Positions 60,732 through 64,000 of a DNA stretch of 64,000 nucleotides are shown here, one piece after another. A model generated the notes under the pieces. It made no database searches and was not told the DNA's origin. It was given only the letters and a program-made list of their open reading frames with translations. The position numbers and the translations under genes are program-made. The DNA comes from an uncultured Draconibacterium sp. (GTDB lineage: Bacteria > Bacteroidota > Bacteroidia > Bacteroidales > Prolixibacteraceae). The stretch spans positions 5,889,180-5,953,179 of the forward strand of contig OY781971.1 in the NCBI GenBank assembly GCA_963677455.1, given 5' to 3'. Every line of letters begins with the position of its first letter. The first letter of the stretch is position 1.

Positions 60732-61160
60732 ATGTTTAAACAATCTATCTTATCAAAGATTTATTCGTGGTTATGCTCACCCGAAGTTTTTGGCAGAGTT
60801 GCGAAGAAAATTCCGGGGAGTTGGCAGCTTTTTGAATACTACAGGGACACAGAAGATGAATTAGTTCATATTCAGGAATCTGATTTGGCTCAAAGTAATG
60901 AAGCTTTACTTATTGATTTTTTACCTCAGAATGAGTTTTGCCTGACAGCAAAAATATCTGTTCCTATTTTCCCGACAGAAAGAAAAGGAGTTTGGAGTGT
61001 CAATCGTAATTTTATTACGCTTGTAGATGCGAAAGATTTCAGAAATAATATTGAGTTTCAGTTTGCTTTCGGGAAAGGAAACCTAAAGCTGCTCAAAAAG
61101 GACAAATTCGGGAAAATTGAATTCTTTGGTTTCTTCAAACCTCAAAAAAGTAAAAGCTAG
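60732..61160 (+). CDS. Hypothetical protein (lipocalin-like beta pattern)
   Basis: 142-aa ORF with GSWQL and GVWSV motifs; no firm family call. Confidence 0.65.
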   Translation: MFKQSILSKIYSWLCSPEVFGRVAKKIPGSWQLFEYYRDTEDELVHIQESDLAQSNEALLIDFLPQNEFCLTAKISVPIFPTERKGVWSVNRNFITLVDAKDFRNNIEFQFAFGKGNLKLLKKDKFGKIEFFGFFKPQKSKS

Positions 61161-61194
61161 TTTTTCTTTTCACTTAAAGTGCAAAGGCAGAAAT

Positions 61195-62433
61195 TTAAAC
61201 CTGATTTTGTTCAATTGCTGCTCTGTATGTCTCTAGTGCAGCCGGGAATGGTTGTAGTGCTCTTTCAAATATACCCAAAGAATATGCTATAGTAAGTCCA
61301 TAGTTCGTTAGAGGAACTCCGGCTTCACGAGCTTTTATTATCCGACTTAACATCGTGCGCCGGTTCCACATGCATGCTCCGCAATGAATAATCAGTTTAT
61401 ATTCTGAAAGATTGGCCGGGAAATCGTGGCCACGCATGTTATCAATCTGGAGTTTGCCTCCAACATATTGAGTAAGCCATCTTGGTATTTTTACTGTTCC
61501 AATATCTTCTCCGATTGGATGATGAGAACAAGCTTCTGCAATCAGAACTTTATCGCCACTTTTTAATTTATCAATAGCCATTGCGCCTTTTACCATTTCA
61601 AGCAAATCTCCCTGGAATCGTGCAAAAAGAATGGAAAAAGAGGTTAGCGGTATTTCCGGAGGCGTATCAGCAGCTACTTTTAGAAATGCTTGCGAATCGG
61701 TTACTACGAGTTTGGGAGGAAGATTAAGACGCGACAGGGCTGCTCTGAGTTCGCGTTCTTTCACCACCATTGTAAGTGAATCATTATCCAGGAGGTCTCG
61801 AATACTTTGTACTTGTGGCAAAATTAAGCGTCCTTTCGGAGCTTCTTTGTCGATTGGTACAACCAAAACAGCCAGTTCGCCCGGACCTACCAAATCTGCC
61901 AAAATTGTTGTTCGCTCGATGAATTCTGCTGGAGCAGATTTTAGCACCAGTTGGCGCAACTCCAGAATTCCTTTGCTTTGTAAGACGGATGTGTGTATGT
62001 AGTTGATTTTAACCGAATCAAGATGTGAAGTGATCGAAAGATCTTCGGGATAGATATCGCTTTTGTTGAAAACGATAATAAATGGGATTTCCCTGTTCTT
62101 TAATTCTCCCATCAGTTTTTCCTCGTATTCGCTCCAGTCGTTTGCGTTACTCACGATAATACCTAAATCCGTTCTATCGAACACAGCCATTGTTTTAGCA
62201 ATCCTTTTTTCGCCAAGGCCACCTTCGTCGTCAATTCCGGCAGTGTCGATAAAAAGTACTGGTCCTAATGGCAATAATTCCATCGGCTTTTCAACCGGGT
62301 CGGTAGTGGTTCCTGCTACTTCAGAAACAATGGAAACATCTTGTTGGGTTAGTGCATTTAAAATGCTTGATTTGCCGGCATTCCTTCTGCCGAAAATTCC
62401 TATATGTAAACGAAATGATTTTGGTGCCCGCAT
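61195..62433 (-). CDS. hydF: [FeFe]-hydrogenase H-cluster maturation GTPase HydF
   Basis: GRRNAGKSS, DTAG, NKSD GTPase motifs; CSHH...HCGAC FeS motif; RLILPQVQ. Confidence 0.97.
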   Translation of the reverse strand: MRAPKSFRLHIGIFGRRNAGKSSILNALTQQDVSIVSEVAGTTTDPVEKPMELLPLGPVLFIDTAGIDDEGGLGEKRIAKTMAVFDRTDLGIIVSNANDWSEYEEKLMGELKNREIPFIIVFNKSDIYPEDLSITSHLDSVKINYIHTSVLQSKGILELRQLVLKSAPAEFIERTTILADLVGPGELAVLVVPIDKEAPKGRLILPQVQSIRDLLDNDSLTMVVKERELRAALSRLNLPPKLVVTDSQAFLKVAADTPPEIPLTSFSILFARFQGDLLEMVKGAMAIDKLKSGDKVLIAEACSHHPIGEDIGTVKIPRWLTQYVGGKLQIDNMRGHDFPANLSEYKLIIHCGACMWNRRTMLSRIIKAREAGVPLTNYGLTIAYSLGIFERALQPFPAALETYRAAIEQNQV

Positions 62434-62564
62434 CTTTTTAGTTTAACGAGCTGAAAGTAAACAATCGAAAGCAATCACACAAAGAAAAGTTCTTAAAGGT
62501 TATGGATTTGGAAGTAGGTAGGGTCTTTGGAGATGCTCTTTTTTTAAGTTCAACTTTATAGAAT

Positions 62565-62597
62565 AAAAAAAAACCGTTTGTCAAATTGACAAACGGT
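62565..62597 (-). terminator. Terminator after Cys-repeat gene
   Basis: ACCGTTTGTCA...TGACAAACGGT with a U-tract on the minus strand. Confidence 0.8.
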
Positions 62598-62624
62598 CTT
62601 CTATATTGTAAAAATATTATTTCA

Positions 62625-62984
62625 TTATTTTCCTCCACATCCACCACATGATTTAGCTTCTGCCGTTTTCTTTCCAGCACATCCTTCAGATTTCGCTGCT
62701 GATTTTTCACCAGCACAACCTTTCGATTTTGCAGCTGATTTTTCACCAGCGCATCCTTCAGACTTGGCAGCTGATTTTTCTCCGGCACAACCTTCAGATT
62801 TTGCTTTTGCGTCAGACTTCGATTCAGCTTTTGCCTCTTTCTCTTTTTTCTCTTTTTCTACATTCTTATTCTCGTCAACAACAACTGTTGCTGAATTTTC
62901 TACTGTTACTGCAGGTGCCTGGGGCATCGCCATAGAAATACCGTAAACCGCAACGAAAGCCAATACAAATAATACTTTTTTCAT
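62625..62984 (-). CDS. Secreted low-complexity Lys/Ala/Cys repeat protein (119 aa)
   Basis: Signal peptide; four 12-aa units AKSEGCAGEKSA (36-nt period); ends KSCGGCGGK. Confidence 0.85.
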   Translation of the reverse strand: MKKVLFVLAFVAVYGISMAMPQAPAVTVENSATVVVDENKNVEKEKKEKEAKAESKSDAKAKSEGCAGEKSAAKSEGCAGEKSAAKSKGCAGEKSAAKSEGCAGKKTAEAKSCGGCGGK

Positions 62985-63166
62985 GATTCTAATTTTAAAG
63001 TTATAAAATAAATAGCGTTTTATTCTAATTTAGATTCAATAATAATAATAACCAAAATTAAATCCAAATGAATATTAAGATATTTAAGTATTAAAGTGCG
63101 CATGTTTTTTAATGTGTTGTAAATCAATAGGTGATGATTTGTTAACGGCTTGTTAATTTCGATTGA

Positions 63167-64000
63167 TCAATTCCCTAAGCGGCAAACAGCTTCCGGTGTT
63201 ATCAATTCTTCGTATTCATTTTCGGAAAGATACTCCGAGAGGATAACTGCCTTTCGGACCGATACCTGTTGCTTTTTCACCATGTCGACAATGTCGCTTG
63301 CTTTTTTATACCCGATCTTTGGAATTAGGGCAGTTACACAAGCGGTTGAATTCTCTACATGTTTTTTACAGGTTTCTTCGTTGGCTTGTATTCCCAGAAT
63401 ACATTTCTCCGTAAATATCCTGGCTGCATTGTTTAAAAGCGAAAGAGACTCTAAAAGTTTATGCGCAATAAGTGGCATAAACTGGTTTAGTTCCAGATTG
63501 CCTGAACTGCAGGCAGCAGCAATAACCTGGTCGTTGCCTATAACTGTTAAAGCTGCTTGTGACACGGCTTCCGGAATTACCGGGTTAACTTTGCCGGGCA
63601 TTATTGATGATCCTGCCTGTAATTCAGGAAGTGTTATTTCTCCTAAACCGGCAGCTGGGCCGCTCGACATAAAACGAAGATCGTTGCTTATTTTAAACAG
63701 GTTGGTAGCACAGGCTTTTAAAATGCCTGACACCTCAACAAAAACATCCGCATTTTGAGTGCCATCAATGAGGTTTTCTGCTCGCGCAAGACCGATATTT
63801 GTATTTTCGCGGAGCTTGTCTACAACGCGGAAAATGAATTGTTTGGGAGCACCCAGTCCGGTTCCAATGGCCGTACCTCCAAGGTTAACAACACGGAGCC
63901 GTTCCTCGCATTTGTAAATCCTCCACCGGTCACGATTGAAGGCTTCAGCGTAAGCACTCATTTCTCTGCCCAGCGTGGTCAAAACCCCGTCCTGTAGTTG
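63167..64000 (-). CDS. aspA: Aspartate ammonia-lyase, C-terminal part (5' truncated by window edge)
   Basis: QLQDGVLTTLGRE, LGGTAIGTG, signature GSSIMPGKVNP, GNLELN; frame open to 64000. Confidence 0.9.
   Translation of the reverse strand, partial: QLQDGVLTTLGREMSAYAEAFNRDRWRIYKCEERLRVVNLGGTAIGTGLGAPKQFIFRVVDKLRENTNIGLARAENLIDGTQNADVFVEVSGILKACATNLFKISNDLRFMSSGPAAGLGEITLPELQAGSSIMPGKVNPVIPEAVSQAALTVIGNDQVIAAACSSGNLELNQFMPLIAHKLLESLSLLNNAARIFTEKCILGIQANEETCKKHVENSTACVTALIPKIGYKKASDIVDMVKKQQVSVRKAVILSEYLSENEYEELITPEAVCRLGN

Noticed and set aside
62625-62660. Selenocysteine recoding in the Cys-rich small proteins (also 47603-47851)
   Set aside because: Stops are TAA and TAG, and there is no in-frame TGA.

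Overview
A 64-kb, mostly chromosomal core region of a Bacteroidota bacterium. Gene content, TAnnTTTG -7 promoter boxes and AT-rich ribosome-binding regions suggest an anaerobic or facultative Bacteroidales/Marinilabiliales member such as Prolixibacteraceae; this placement is an inference. Housekeeping genes are ftsA (partial), two tandem ftsZ, yqeY, folB, glnS, gdhA, leuS, pnp, rpsO, tRNA-Cys, hydF and aspA (partial). These are mixed with envelope and sensing modules: a LiaF-like/LytS/LytTR locus, BlaI/M56, BCCT-USP-betaine binding protein, two TonB-dependent receptors, GH29, M23 and M20 peptidases. No CRISPR array, transposase or integrase was found. The only mobile-element trace is a ~2.3-kb islet at the tRNA-Cys 3' end with an lpxA pseudogene and attC-like remnants. 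The most interesting signals are: (1) an exported dikinase-like protein with the His-domain-before-ATP-grasp order of plant glucan,water dikinases, behind an ECF-type promoter; (2) a second, divergent FtsZ whose tail mimics the FtsA membrane-targeting helix; (3) two identically built direct-repeat promoters defining a LiaF-LytS-LytTR regulon; (4) a BCCT carrier co-transcribed with a USP and an orphan binding protein; (5) a candidate ~80-nt sRNA; (6) a secreted Cys-repeat peptide between aspA and hydF. All family calls come from motif recognition by eye, not from database searches.
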